Assembly (NCBI GenBank): GCA_965199855.1
Contig: OZ241326.1
Location: 1,344,001-1,408,000, forward strand
Direction of reading: 5' to 3'
DNA: 64,000 nucleotides
Source of the DNA: a bacterium
Lineage (GTDB): Bacteria; UBA8248
Shown: positions 1-9,106 of the stretch, piece by piece
How positions within the stretch are numbered: position 1 is the first letter of the stretch
How the letters are laid out: each line of letters opens with the position of its first letter
The notes under the pieces: generated by a model
What the model was told of the DNA's origin: nothing
What the model saw: only the letters and a program-made list of their open reading frames with translations
Databases searched by the model: none
Program-made: the position numbers and the translations under genes

Positions 1-2270
1 TCGCGCAGGGACTCCGGGTTCACGTGCGGGGCGTTCGTGAGGGTGCCGCGCCCCCGGCAGTAGGCGACGATCTCCCTGACTTCCTCCTCGTCGTAGCCCA
101 GGCGGCGCAGCGCCGCGGGAACCGACTGGTTGATGATCTTGAAGTATCCCCCGCCCGCCAGCTTCTTGAACTTCACCAGGGCGAAGTCCGGCTCGATGCC
201 CGTCGTGTCGCAGTCCATCACCAGGCCGATGGTGCCCGTCGGCGCGATGACCGTGGTCTGCGCGTTGCGGTAGCCGCTGCGGTAGCCCATGGCCAGGGCG
301 TCGTCCCACGCCTCGCGCGCGGCCTCGAGGAGGTAGTCGGGGCATACCTCCGCGTCGATTCCCGCGGGCGTCTTGGAGAGCATCTCGTATTCCGCCGCGG
401 GCGCGGCGTAGGCCGCCCGCCGGTGGTTTCTCAGAACGCGCAGCATGTGCTCCTGGTTCTGCGGATACCTCTCGAAGGCGCCCAGCTCCTGCGCCATCTC
501 GGCGCTGGCGGCGTAGGCGTAGCCCGTCATGATGGAGGTGAGCGCGCCGCACCACGCCTCCGCCTCGGGCGAGTCGTAGGGAATTCCGAGGATCATCAGC
601 ATGGCGCCCAGGTTCGCGTATCCCAGCCCCAGGGTGCGGTATTCCCAGGAGCGCCTCGCTATCTCCCGGCTCGGGAACTGCGCCATCAGCACCGAAATTT
701 CCAGGACGACCGTGAGCAGGCGAATCGCGTGGCGGTAGTCCTCCACCCGGAAGCGGCCGCTCCCGGCGTCCAGGAACTTCATCAGGTTCATGGAGGCCAG
801 ATTGCACGCGGTGTCGTCCAGGAACATGTATTCGGAGCAGGGGTTCGAGCCGTTGATGCGCCCGTCCGCCGCGCAGGTGTGCCAGTCGTTGATGGTCGTG
901 TCGAACTGGAGGCCGGGGTCGGCGCAGCACCACGCCGCGTAGCCGATCTGCTCCCAGAGGGCGCGCGCGCTGACGGAGGCGGCGACCTCGCCGTCGGTGC
1001 GGCGGATGAGCCTCCATTCCGCGTCCTTCGCGCCCGCCTCCATGAATTCGTCCGTGACGCGGACCGAGTTGTTCGAGTTCTGCCCGGAGACCGTGGCGTA
1101 GCCCTCGCCCTCCCAGTTGACGTCGAACTCCTCGAACTCGATTTCGGAGACGCCCTGCCGCGCGAGGTCGAGGGCGCGGCGGATGTAGGCGTCGGGAACG
1201 CCGGCGAGCCGGGCGGCGCGCATCGCCCGGGCGAGGGCGGGGTTGCGCGAGGGCTGGCGGAGGCTGCCGTTCAGCCCCGGGTTCTCCCCTTCCCGGCAGG
1301 CGGCGAGGATGGCGTTCATGTGCCGCCCGCACATCCTGCTTCCCGATACCAGGGAGGCCGCCTTCTGCTCCTCGCTCACCTTCCAGTTGATGAACTCCTC
1401 GACGTCGGGGTGGTCGATGTCGAGCGTGACCATCTTCGCCGCCCGGCGCGTCGTGCCGCCCGACTTGATGGCGCCCGCCGCGCGATCCCCGATCTTGAGG
1501 AAGCTCATGAGGCCGGAGCTGCGCCCCCCTCCCGAGAGCGACTCGCCCTCCGCCCGCAGGCTCGAGAAATTCGTGCCGGTGCCGGAGCCGTATTTGAAGA
1601 TGCGCGCCTCGCGCGTCCACAGGTCCATGATGCCGCCCTCGTTCACGAGGTCGTCCCTCACCGACTGGATGAAGCACGCATGGGGCTGGGGACGCTCGTA
1701 GGCGTTCACCGAGCGGAGGATTTCCCCCGTTTCGGGGTCGGCGTGGAAGTGGCCCTGGGCGGGGCGCGTGATGCCGTAGGCCCAGTGCAGGCCGGTGTTG
1801 AACCATTGCGGGGAGTTGGGCGCCGCCATCTGGCTGGCGAGAACGTAGAGGGTCTCCTCGTAGAATGCCCTCGCGTCCTCCTCGGCGTGGAAGTAGCCGT
1901 GCTTCCAGCCCCAGTACGTCCAGCATCCCGCCATGCGGTGGAACACGTCGCGCGCGTCGCGCTCGCTTCCGAACCGCTCCGCCTCGGGCAGGGCCGCGAG
2001 CTTCTCCTCATCCGGCTCCGAGCGCTGGAGCCACTCCGGCACGCCCTCCTCGGGAACCCTTCGGGAATGGACGGGCGCGCCCGCCTTCCGGAAATACTTC
2101 TGCGCCAGAATATCTACGGCGACCTGCGACCAGTGCTCGGGCGCGAGGATGTCCTTCGCCTCGAATACGACCGAGCCGTCCGGATTGGAGATGCGCGACG
2201 CGCGCGGGACGAAGCTGATGCCCCGATACGCCTCCTCGCCCGCCCGCGTGAAACGCCTCGTGAACCTCAC
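1..2270 (-). CDS. nrdJ: Adenosylcobalamin-dependent (class II) ribonucleotide reductase, 5' part; runs off the window start
   Basis: Not in the ORF track. Manual minus-strand translation from GTG at 2270 (SD AAGGGAG) gives WSQVAVDILAQKYFRKAG, GAIKSGGTTRRAAKM, the thiyl-radical motif INGSNPCSEYMFLDDTACNLAS and APTGTIGLVMDCDTTGIEPDFA. Confidence 0.95.
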   Translation of the reverse strand, partial: MRFTRRFTRAGEEAYRGISFVPRASRISNPDGSVVFEAKDILAPEHWSQVAVDILAQKYFRKAGAPVHSRRVPEEGVPEWLQRSEPDEEKLAALPEAERFGSERDARDVFHRMAGCWTYWGWKHGYFHAEEDARAFYEETLYVLASQMAAPNSPQWFNTGLHWAYGITRPAQGHFHADPETGEILRSVNAYERPQPHACFIQSVRDDLVNEGGIMDLWTREARIFKYGSGTGTNFSSLRAEGESLSGGGRSSGLMSFLKIGDRAAGAIKSGGTTRRAAKMVTLDIDHPDVEEFINWKVSEEQKAASLVSGSRMCGRHMNAILAACREGENPGLNGSLRQPSRNPALARAMRAARLAGVPDAYIRRALDLARQGVSEIEFEEFDVNWEGEGYATVSGQNSNNSVRVTDEFMEAGAKDAEWRLIRRTDGEVAASVSARALWEQIGYAAWCCADPGLQFDTTINDWHTCAADGRINGSNPCSEYMFLDDTACNLASMNLMKFLDAGSGRFRVEDYRHAIRLLTVVLEISVLMAQFPSREIARRSWEYRTLGLGYANLGAMLMILGIPYDSPEAEAWCGALTSIMTGYAYAASAEMAQELGAFERYPQNQEHMLRVLRNHRRAAYAAPAAEYEMLSKTPAGIDAEVCPDYLLEAAREAWDDALAMGYRSGYRNAQTTVIAPTGTIGLVMDCDTTGIEPDFALVKFKKLAGGGYFKIINQSVPAALRRLGYDEEEVREIVAYCRGRGTLTNAPHVNPESLR

Positions 2271-2373
2271 GCCCGCTCCCTTGAGGGCGACGCCGCCCTG
2301 TTGAAAGTCATCGCCATGAAAGCCCTCCGCCGCGTTCCCGGGGGCATATCTAGCGCTTCCGCATCAGTCAATG

Positions 2374-2472
2374 ACACCAAATGTAGTGCCTCCCTCCCTC
2401 CCTGTCAACCCCTAAAAAGAGAATATGCACAAAATATATGATTTTACCCACACGTTATGCCCAAGTATTGTG
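2374..2472. promoter_or_regulatory. NrdR boxes
   Basis: ACACCAAATGTAGTG (2374-2388, overlaps the -10), GCACAAAATATATGA (2427-2441) and TGCCCAAGTATTGTG (2458-2472) resemble the consensus acaCwAtATaTwGtg. The last two are 31 bp apart, and all lie directly upstream of an RNR gene. Confidence 0.7.
2380..2408 (-). promoter_or_regulatory. Sigma70-type promoter of nrdJ
   Basis: On the minus strand, TTGACA (2403-2408), a 17-nt spacer and TACATT (2380-2385). Confidence 0.75.
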
Positions 2473-2489
2473 GATTTTGTGGACAAGCG

Positions 2490-2710
2490 GGAACGAGGCG
2501 GCGATCCGGGCGCGCGCCAGGGAGGAAACTCGCGCGTGGGCGCGTTCTACAGCCTCGCGGCCGGCTCGGTGGAAAGGCGGCGCGTCTCCTCTCGCGTCGG
2601 GCGGAACATGCCGGAGCCGGTCCCGCTCATCCTTCTCGGGACGGCTCGCGGTGGACATCGGCTGGCGGGGGAGGGGCTTGGGAGCGGGCCTGCTCCTTGA
2701 CGCGGGCAGA
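2490..2710 (+). pseudogene. Remnant of a GNAT acetyltransferase toxin (TacT/AtaT-like), frameshifted and truncated
   Basis: Two frames join to read AFYSLAAGSVERRRVSSRVGRNMPEPVPLILLG / RLAVDIGWRGRGLGAGLLLDA, with one extra base near 2640. No intact start or C-terminus. Confidence 0.7.
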
Positions 2711-2868
2711 GCGGGCCGCGTCCGCGCCAGAGGCCCGGCAGGTCGGAAGCGCCGGCCTGCCGCCCGCCGCCGCGCCGGGGCGGCCGCGTTTGGCAGGAGG
2801 ATGAAGCCTCTGGTCTAATGGCCGCGAACTTTCGTCCGAAAAAAGCGGGCGCGTCCGAAGGAGGGGGC

Positions 2869-4275
2869 ATGGCGGCGTTCGACCTGGCGATCATCGGCGG
2901 GGGGCCGGCGGGCTACGTGGCGGGCGTGCGCGCGGCGCAGCTGGGAGGGAGGTGCGTCGTCGTCGAGCGCGACGAGCTGGGCGGCACCTGCCTCAACTGG
3001 GGCTGCATTCCCAGCAAGAGCCTGATCGCCGCGGCCGAGGTGTTCCGGAGCGTCAAGCGCGCGGAGCGCTACGGCATCGAGATTCCGGGCGGGGCGCGCG
3101 CCGATCTGGCCGCCATGGTGGCGCGCAAGGACGGAATCGTCGCCGGGCTGGTGAAGGGAATCGGCGCGCTGTTCCGCGCCCACGGGGTGCGCCATGTCGC
3201 GGGCGAGGCGGAAATTTCGGCCCCCGGCGAAATCCTGGTCAGGAGAAGGGACGGCGCGCGCGAGGAGATTTCCGCGCGAAAAATCATCATCGCCACCGGC
3301 TCCCGTCCCGCGCAGATTCCCGCCTTGCCCATCGACGGAGAGCGCGTCATCTCCTCCGAGCAGGCCGTGCACATGAAGCGGCTTCCGGCGAGGCTGCTCA
3401 TCGTGGGCGCGGGCGTCATCGGCTGCGAGTTCGCCTGCCTGTATCGGGAGCTGGGCGCGGAGGTCGCCCTGGTGGAGGCGCTGGATCGCGTCCTGCCGCT
3501 TGGGGACGAGGACGTCTCCCGGCTCATGGAGCGCGAGCTGAAGAAGCAGAAAATCAACGCGCGCCTGGGCGAGCGGATAGCGCGCGTCTCGCGCGAGGGC
3601 GGCGAGCTCGTCGCCGCCCTGGAGGGGGGCGGCGAGATTCGCGCGGACACAATCCTCGTCTCGATCGGCCGGACGATGAACACCGCCGGCCTCGGGCTCG
3701 AGAGAATCGGGGTTCGCCTGGGGGAGCGGGGCGAGATTCAGGTGAGCGAGAGGATGGAGACGAGCGCCCCGGGCGTCTATGCGGCGGGCGACGTGACGGG
3801 CGACCCCATGCTCGCACACGTGGCCTCGGCGGAGGGCGTCGCCGCCGCCGAGAACGCCATGGGCGGGGAGGCGCGGATGGATTACCGGGCGATTCCCGCC
3901 GGCATCTTCACGCATCCCGAAATCGGCGTCGTCGGCATGACGGAGCGCGAGGCGGCGGAGGCGGGGCGCGAGGCGCGCGTGGGCCGCTTCCCGATGCGCG
4001 CCCTGGGCAAGGCGCAGGCCGAGCGCGCCATCGAGGGGGAGGTGAAGATCATCGCCGACGCGGGCGACGACGCCATCCTGGGCGTTCACGTCGTGGGCGC
4101 GCGCGCCGCCGAGGTCGTGCACGAGGCCGCCGTCGCCATGCGCAATGGTCTGACCGCCTCCGCGCTCGCGCGGACGATTCACGCCCACCCCACCCTCTCC
4201 GAAGCCCTCATGGAGGCTGCCCACGACCTTCACGGCGCGGCGATTCACGCCCCCCCGAGGAAGACGAGGCGCTGA
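2869..4275 (+). CDS. lpdA: Dihydrolipoamide dehydrogenase
   Basis: GGGPAG, GGTCLNWGCIPSK redox disulfide, GAGVIG and HAHPTLSEA; SD GAGGGGG before the ATG at 2869. Confidence 0.95.
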   Translation: MAAFDLAIIGGGPAGYVAGVRAAQLGGRCVVVERDELGGTCLNWGCIPSKSLIAAAEVFRSVKRAERYGIEIPGGARADLAAMVARKDGIVAGLVKGIGALFRAHGVRHVAGEAEISAPGEILVRRRDGAREEISARKIIIATGSRPAQIPALPIDGERVISSEQAVHMKRLPARLLIVGAGVIGCEFACLYRELGAEVALVEALDRVLPLGDEDVSRLMERELKKQKINARLGERIARVSREGGELVAALEGGGEIRADTILVSIGRTMNTAGLGLERIGVRLGERGEIQVSERMETSAPGVYAAGDVTGDPMLAHVASAEGVAAAENAMGGEARMDYRAIPAGIFTHPEIGVVGMTEREAAEAGREARVGRFPMRALGKAQAERAIEGEVKIIADAGDDAILGVHVVGARAAEVVHEAAVAMRNGLTASALARTIHAHPTLSEALMEAAHDLHGAAIHAPPRKTRR

Positions 4276-4509
4276 CTCGCCGGGAGCCGCCGCCCGAACG
4301 CTCCCGCGATCATCCGTTGCGGGAGATTGGAAAGATTGCCGGGAGGTTCACGTCGAACCCGACCGGCTTTTGATTCGCCGCGTGGAAGGAGGCGAATTGC
4401 GCCTCGTCCGAACCGGCTCCCGCTCCGATCTTTTCAAGGGATAAATCCTCACGGTCGCCCCGGCGGCTTTCCCCGCCCCGGTGATTTCCTGTTTATGCGA
4501 AAATGCGCA

Positions 4510-4740
4510 AATAGCGACAAATTCAGACAAATTCCCGTCCTTTTCAAAGCTATTTTCCGGCCATTTCCTGTCCGTTTTCCTTCGATTTTCTTCCGACTCC
4601 TTCTCCCTGGCGGGCGCGCACCCGCGGCGCCGCTTCCAGTCCGCCGAATATAACCCCTCTTGGCGGATCCTTGCCGCCCGCAAATGCGGGCAGGGGCGGG
4701 CAAATGCGCGCGATGTTCCACGTGGAACATTTTGAGGAGG
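4510..4740. repeat. Dispersed non-coding element, copy 1, ending in a perfect parS palindrome
   Basis: Shares ordered motifs CAGACAAATTC, AGCTrTTTTCC, GCGCAC, AATATAACCC, CGCAAATGCGGGCA and parS with 40690-40935. Confidence 0.75.
4714..4729. other. parS: parS centromere-like site
   Basis: Perfect palindrome TGTTCCACGTGGAACA (18 bp including the flanking A/T), matching the widespread ParB-binding consensus TGTTNCACGTGNAACA. Confidence 0.85.
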
Positions 4741-4786
4741 GAGAAGCTGCGCTTCCCGGGCGTTTCTCCGGTGAAAAAGGCCGCGG

Positions 4787-5770
4787 CTAATACGGCACGT
4801 CGATGAGCATTCCCTCGCCCGAGCGCATGTCCTCCTCGAGGAGCTCGCGCATCGCCCGCGTCACGGGGCCCGGCTTTCCGTCTCCGATCCTCTGATCGTC
4901 CCACCGCGTGACGGGGGCTACGTATATCGAGCTCCCGATGAGCATCATCTCGGCGGCGGCCTTGGCCTCCGCCACGGGGACGTCGTCCACCCGCACCTCG
5001 CGGATGAGGCCGCGCTCCACGAGGCGCTCGGCGAGCTCGAGTAGCCGCTTCACGGTGCAGCCCGCGAGGATGTTGTCGAATTTCGGATGCCGCAGAACGC
5101 CCTCCGCCGTCACGAAGGCGCAGTTCATGTTCGATCCCTCGCCCACGAACCCCGCCTCGTCCACGAAAATCCCGTTGTCCAGCCCCCGCTCCTTCGCCTC
5201 CATCTGCATGAGCGTGTTGGGGAGGTAGTTCGTGCTCTTGGTGACGGCGTAGAGGGGCGGCTTGATGGGGTAGGTGGTCGTCATCACCCTCATGCCTTCC
5301 TCGTAGTAGCGCGCGGGATAGTCCAGACCGCCGAATATCATCACGAAGAAGCCGGGGCGGGCGTCCGCCGCCGGCAGCAGCCCCAGGTTTCCCGCCCCGG
5401 AGGAAGCCCAGTAGCGAATCGAGCCCTCGCGGCGGCCCGAGAGTGCCGTCGCGCGGATGACGATATCGCGCATCTCCTCGCGGCCGTGGGCGAGTTCGAG
5501 CTTCGATGCCCGCGCCGAGCGGAGGAAGCGATCCAGGTGGTTGTCCAGATCATAGATTCTGCCCTCCACGATGGCGGCGGTGTCGAAGACGCCGTGGCCC
5601 CGGTGCACCATGTGGTCGTCGAAGGGCAGCACCATGAGGGCGGGATCCGTCACCACGCCGCCCAGGTAGCTCGAGTAGAACGCCGAGAAATCGACCTGCT
5701 GCGCCTCGCGCAGGCCCTTGAGGCGCGTCAGGACGTCCTCGGCCGTGAGAACGCTGATGGTTTCCGCCAT
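4787..5770 (-). CDS. PLP fold-type IV aminotransferase (D-amino-acid transaminase / ADC-lyase-like)
   Basis: [23 protein letters not shown], catalytic K in KSTNY, EGSNMN and ILAGCT. Confidence 0.9.
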   Translation of the reverse strand: MAETISVLTAEDVLTRLKGLREAQQVDFSAFYSSYLGGVVTDPALMVLPFDDHMVHRGHGVFDTAAIVEGRIYDLDNHLDRFLRSARASKLELAHGREEMRDIVIRATALSGRREGSIRYWASSGAGNLGLLPAADARPGFFVMIFGGLDYPARYYEEGMRVMTTTYPIKPPLYAVTKSTNYLPNTLMQMEAKERGLDNGIFVDEAGFVGEGSNMNCAFVTAEGVLRHPKFDNILAGCTVKRLLELAERLVERGLIREVRVDDVPVAEAKAAAEMMLIGSSIYVAPVTRWDDQRIGDGKPGPVTRAMRELLEEDMRSGEGMLIDVPY

Positions 5771-5968
5771 GGTCTTCTCCTTCGGGAGCGGGGCGAGGGA
5801 AATCCCCGGAATTTCAGGGAATCACGCCGGGGAACGGACTCGCGTCGCCCCCATGATGCCGTCTGGGTGCTTTTCGGGCAAGGGCCTGCTACATTGCGCG
5901 CCCGAAGGCGCGGTTCGCGGCGGATGGGGTTCAGTGGGGCGGGCGGGCTTGCGGGGAGCGGGGCGCGG

Positions 5969-7114
5969 ATGACGTCGGATGCGGCTTTTCTGAGCGACGA
6001 GCAGAAGATGGTGCGCCGGCTGGCGCGCGATTTCTGCGAGCGCGAGCTCGCGCCGCAGGCGGCGGAGATCGACGCCGGCCGCTTCCCGGCGGAGGTCATC
6101 CGGAAGATGGGCGCGCTGGGGCTGATGGGCCTCACCGCGCCCGACGCCTGCGGCGGAGGCGGGGCGGACCCGGTGTCGATGGCGCTGGCGACGGAGGAGG
6201 TATCCGCCGCGTGTCCTTCCACGAGCGCCATTTTCGCCGCGCACAACTCCCTGGTCTGCGAGCCGCTCCACCGCTACGGAAGCGAGGGGCAGAAGGACAG
6301 GTTCCTGCGCGGCCTGGCGACGGGCGAATGCCTGGGCGCCTTCGCCCTCACGGAGCCGGGGGTCGGCTCGGACGCCGCCTCGCTCGCCTCGACCGCCCTG
6401 CGCGAGGGCGGCGTCTATCGCGTCAGCGGGGTCAAGCGCTTCATCACCAACGGCAGGCAGGCGGGGCTTTGCCTTCTCTTCGCGGCGACGAACCGCGCCC
6501 TGCGCCACAAGGGGCTGAGCGCCTTTCTGGTGCCGACCGACGCCGAGGGCTTCGAGGTCGTCCGCAGCGAGGAGAAGATGGGGATGGGCGGCTGCTCGAT
6601 ATCGGAGCTCCGCCTGGACGCCGTGGAGCTGCCCGAGGAGAACCGCGTGGGCGAGGAGGGCGAGGGCTTCTCGCTGGCGATGCGCATTCTCGATTCGGGG
6701 CGCATCGTCGCCGCCGCCCAGGGCGTCGGCTTCGCCCGCGCCTGCCTCGACGCCTCGGCGGCCTACGCCCGCGAGCGCGAGACCTTCGGCGTTCCGATAA
6801 AGGATCACCAGCCCGTGGCGTGGAAGCTCGCCGACATGGCCACGCGCGTCCACGGCGCGCGGCTCCTCACGCTCCGGGCGGCGCGGCTCAAGGCGGCGGG
6901 GCGGCCCTACGCGGCGGAGGCCGCCGCCGCCAAGGTGTTCGCCACCGACGCCGCCCAGCGCAACGCGGAGGAGGGCGTCCAGCTGCACGGCGGCAACGGC
7001 TACATGCGCGAGTATCCCGTGGAGCGCTTCTACCGCGCCTCGAAGGTGACGCAGATCTACGAGGGGACGAATGAAATCCTCCGCCAGGTCGTCGCCAGGC
7101 ACCTGCTCGCCTGA
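5969..7114 (+). CDS. Acyl-CoA dehydrogenase
   Basis: [34 protein letters not shown] and QIYEGTNEI. The real start is the ATG at 5969, not 5087. Confidence 0.93.
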   Translation: MTSDAAFLSDEQKMVRRLARDFCERELAPQAAEIDAGRFPAEVIRKMGALGLMGLTAPDACGGGGADPVSMALATEEVSAACPSTSAIFAAHNSLVCEPLHRYGSEGQKDRFLRGLATGECLGAFALTEPGVGSDAASLASTALREGGVYRVSGVKRFITNGRQAGLCLLFAATNRALRHKGLSAFLVPTDAEGFEVVRSEEKMGMGGCSISELRLDAVELPEENRVGEEGEGFSLAMRILDSGRIVAAAQGVGFARACLDASAAYARERETFGVPIKDHQPVAWKLADMATRVHGARLLTLRAARLKAAGRPYAAEAAAAKVFATDAAQRNAEEGVQLHGGNGYMREYPVERFYRASKVTQIYEGTNEILRQVVARHLLA

Positions 7115-7161
7115 GGCCGCCTCCCCCGCCCGCAGCCTGAAAGGCGCTTGGAGAAGTCCTG

Positions 7162-8280
7162 ATGTCCCCGGCCCGCTACCGCGAAGGGAGGTTTCCCCCG
7201 GAGGATCGTCTCGACTGGCGGGCGCTGGCGCCGCTGATCGGGCCGGCGGTGGCGGCCCTGGCGCGCTACGACGGGACGCTCGCCGCCATTCCCAACGCCG
7301 ACGTTCTGATCGCGCCCCTCGCCACCCAGGAGGCGGTGCTCTCCTCGCGCATCGAGGGAACCCGCGCCACCATGGGCGAGGTGCTCGAATTCGAGGCCGC
7401 GGGAGAGGCGGCCTCCCCGGAAATGCAGAACGACATCGTGGAGGTGCTCAACTACCGCGCGGCGATGCGGGAGGCGGAGAAGATGCTGGAAAATTTGCCG
7501 CTCTCCCAGAGAGTCGTCCGCGAGGCGCATCGGGTATTGCTCTCCGGGGCGCGGGGAAAGAACAAAGCGCCCGGCGAATACCGGCGCGTTCCCAACTGGA
7601 TCGGGCCGCCGGGGTGCTCCATCGACGCCGCCACGTACGTCCCCGTCGGGCCGGAGAATCTCGCGGACGCCATGAGCGCGTGGGAGCGCTATATGCACGA
7701 GAATGCGCCCGATCTGCTGGTTCAGGCGGCCGTCCTGCACGCCGAGTTCGAGGCCATTCACCCTTTCCTGGACGGCAACGGCCGACTGGGGCGGATGCTG
7801 ATTCCCCTGTTTCTGTGGCGGCGCGGCCTCATCAGTCGTCCCATGTTCTACATCAGCGCCTATTTTGAAGCGCATCGCGATGCGTATTACGATGGACTGC
7901 TCGCCGTCTCGCGCGACGACGACTGGACGGGTTGGTGTAGATTCTTTCTCGAAGGCGCGCGCGCGCAGGCGGAGGACAATCTGGCGAAGGCCAGGGCGAT
8001 TCTCGATCTCTACGAGGAGATGAAGCGCCGCGTCCCGGAATTGACCCGCTCCCGATACGCCGTCCAGGCGCTGGACTGGATGTTCGGGCGTCCGATTTTC
8101 CGGGGCGTCGATTTTATGAAGAAGGCGGGCATCCCGAAGCCGACGGCGTACAGGGCCTTGAAGATGCTTCATCGCGGCGAAATCCTGAGCGTCGCCAGAA
8201 CGGGGCGAGGCCGCAGGTCGCCCGTTTATTTGTTCCCGGGTTTGCTCAACATCGCGGAAGGGAGGAAAGCGTTTTCATGA
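7162..8280 (+). CDS. Fic-family adenylyltransferase with C-terminal HTH (class II)
   Basis: Canonical Fic motif HPFLDGNGRLGR and N-terminal inhibitory motif SSRIEG. Confidence 0.92.
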   Translation: MSPARYREGRFPPEDRLDWRALAPLIGPAVAALARYDGTLAAIPNADVLIAPLATQEAVLSSRIEGTRATMGEVLEFEAAGEAASPEMQNDIVEVLNYRAAMREAEKMLENLPLSQRVVREAHRVLLSGARGKNKAPGEYRRVPNWIGPPGCSIDAATYVPVGPENLADAMSAWERYMHENAPDLLVQAAVLHAEFEAIHPFLDGNGRLGRMLIPLFLWRRGLISRPMFYISAYFEAHRDAYYDGLLAVSRDDDWTGWCRFFLEGARAQAEDNLAKARAILDLYEEMKRRVPELTRSRYAVQALDWMFGRPIFRGVDFMKKAGIPKPTAYRALKMLHRGEILSVARTGRGRRSPVYLFPGLLNIAEGRKAFS

Positions 8281-8362
8281 TCATGTATGAAACATAAATG
8301 CGTTTATATTTCATTTTTTGATGAAAATGAAATGAAAAACATGAAAAGCTTACTGTATGAAA
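8273..8362. repeat. AT-rich cluster of ATGAAA/TTTCAT hexamers
   Basis: ATGAAA at 8287, 8321, 8327, 8332, 8341 and 8357; TTTCAT at 8273 and 8309; TGTATGAAAC occurs twice. Confidence 0.7.
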
Positions 8363-8400
8363 CGAAAAAATGCTTTTGTGTCGCTTTGGGGGGCGAAGCG

Positions 8401-9081
8401 ATGCGTAAAACCGCATCCTCGAAGATTCTTCCAGACGATTTTTCAGGGAGGAGGGCGGGGGCGCGCCGCCCCGGGGGCGCGCTCGTTCTCGTCCTCCTGC
8501 TGGCCGGCCTCTCCGCCTGCGTCGCGCCGACGCCCGCGCGGCAGGGGGACATCTGCGAGGTTTTCGCGCAGCAACCCGACTGGTACGACCACGCCCGCGC
8601 CTCGCGGGCGCGCTGGGGCACGCCGATGCACGTGCTGATGGCGTTCGTGCGGCACGAGTCGAGCTTCCGAAGCCACGCCAGGCCGCCCATCCGGTGGTTC
8701 TTCATCGTTCCGCTCGGCCGCGCCTCCTCGGCGAGGGGATACGCGCAGGCGCTGGACGGCACCTGGAGGGAATACAAGGCGGAGCGGGGGATGTTCCGCA
8801 GCCGCTCGAGCATGAAGGACGCGCTCGACTTCATCGGCTGGTACAACTACAGGACCCGGCGCGAGCTGGGCATCTCCCTCTGGGACGCGCGCAGGCTCTA
8901 CCTCGCCTATCACGAGGGGCAGGGGGGCTACCGGCGCGGAACCTGGAAGCGGAAGCCCGGCCTCCAGCGCGTCGCGCGGCGGGTGGCCGCCACCGCCCGG
9001 CGCTACAGGGCGCAAATCAGGCGCTGCGAGTCGAGGTTCCGATGCGACGCCTGGTATCAGGTATGGCCTTTCTGCCGATGA
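8401..9081 (+). CDS. Lytic transglycosylase SLT-like lipoprotein
   Basis: Lipobox LAGLSAC, catalytic HESSF, SSARGYAQALDGTW and YLAYHEG. Start uncertain. Confidence 0.8.
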   Translation: MRKTASSKILPDDFSGRRAGARRPGGALVLVLLLAGLSACVAPTPARQGDICEVFAQQPDWYDHARASRARWGTPMHVLMAFVRHESSFRSHARPPIRWFFIVPLGRASSARGYAQALDGTWREYKAERGMFRSRSSMKDALDFIGWYNYRTRRELGISLWDARRLYLAYHEGQGGYRRGTWKRKPGLQRVARRVAATARRYRAQIRRCESRFRCDAWYQVWPFCR

Positions 9082-9106
9082 GGGCGCGCGGGCCCGGAGC
9101 TTCCCG

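Noticed and set aside
1-2270. Intein or intron in nrdJ
   Set aside because: The common insertion points (GGTTRR, NPCSE) are contiguous with normal flanks in the visible part.
24-2441. 805-aa plus-strand ORF
   Set aside because: Antisense shadow of nrdJ. The minus strand carries the RNR motifs and was missed by the track only because it has no stop inside the window.
4371-4400. SRP (4.5S) RNA, suggested by GGAAGGAGGC
   Set aside because: Lacks the conserved CAGGTCC-GGAA-GGAAGCAG domain IV pairing.
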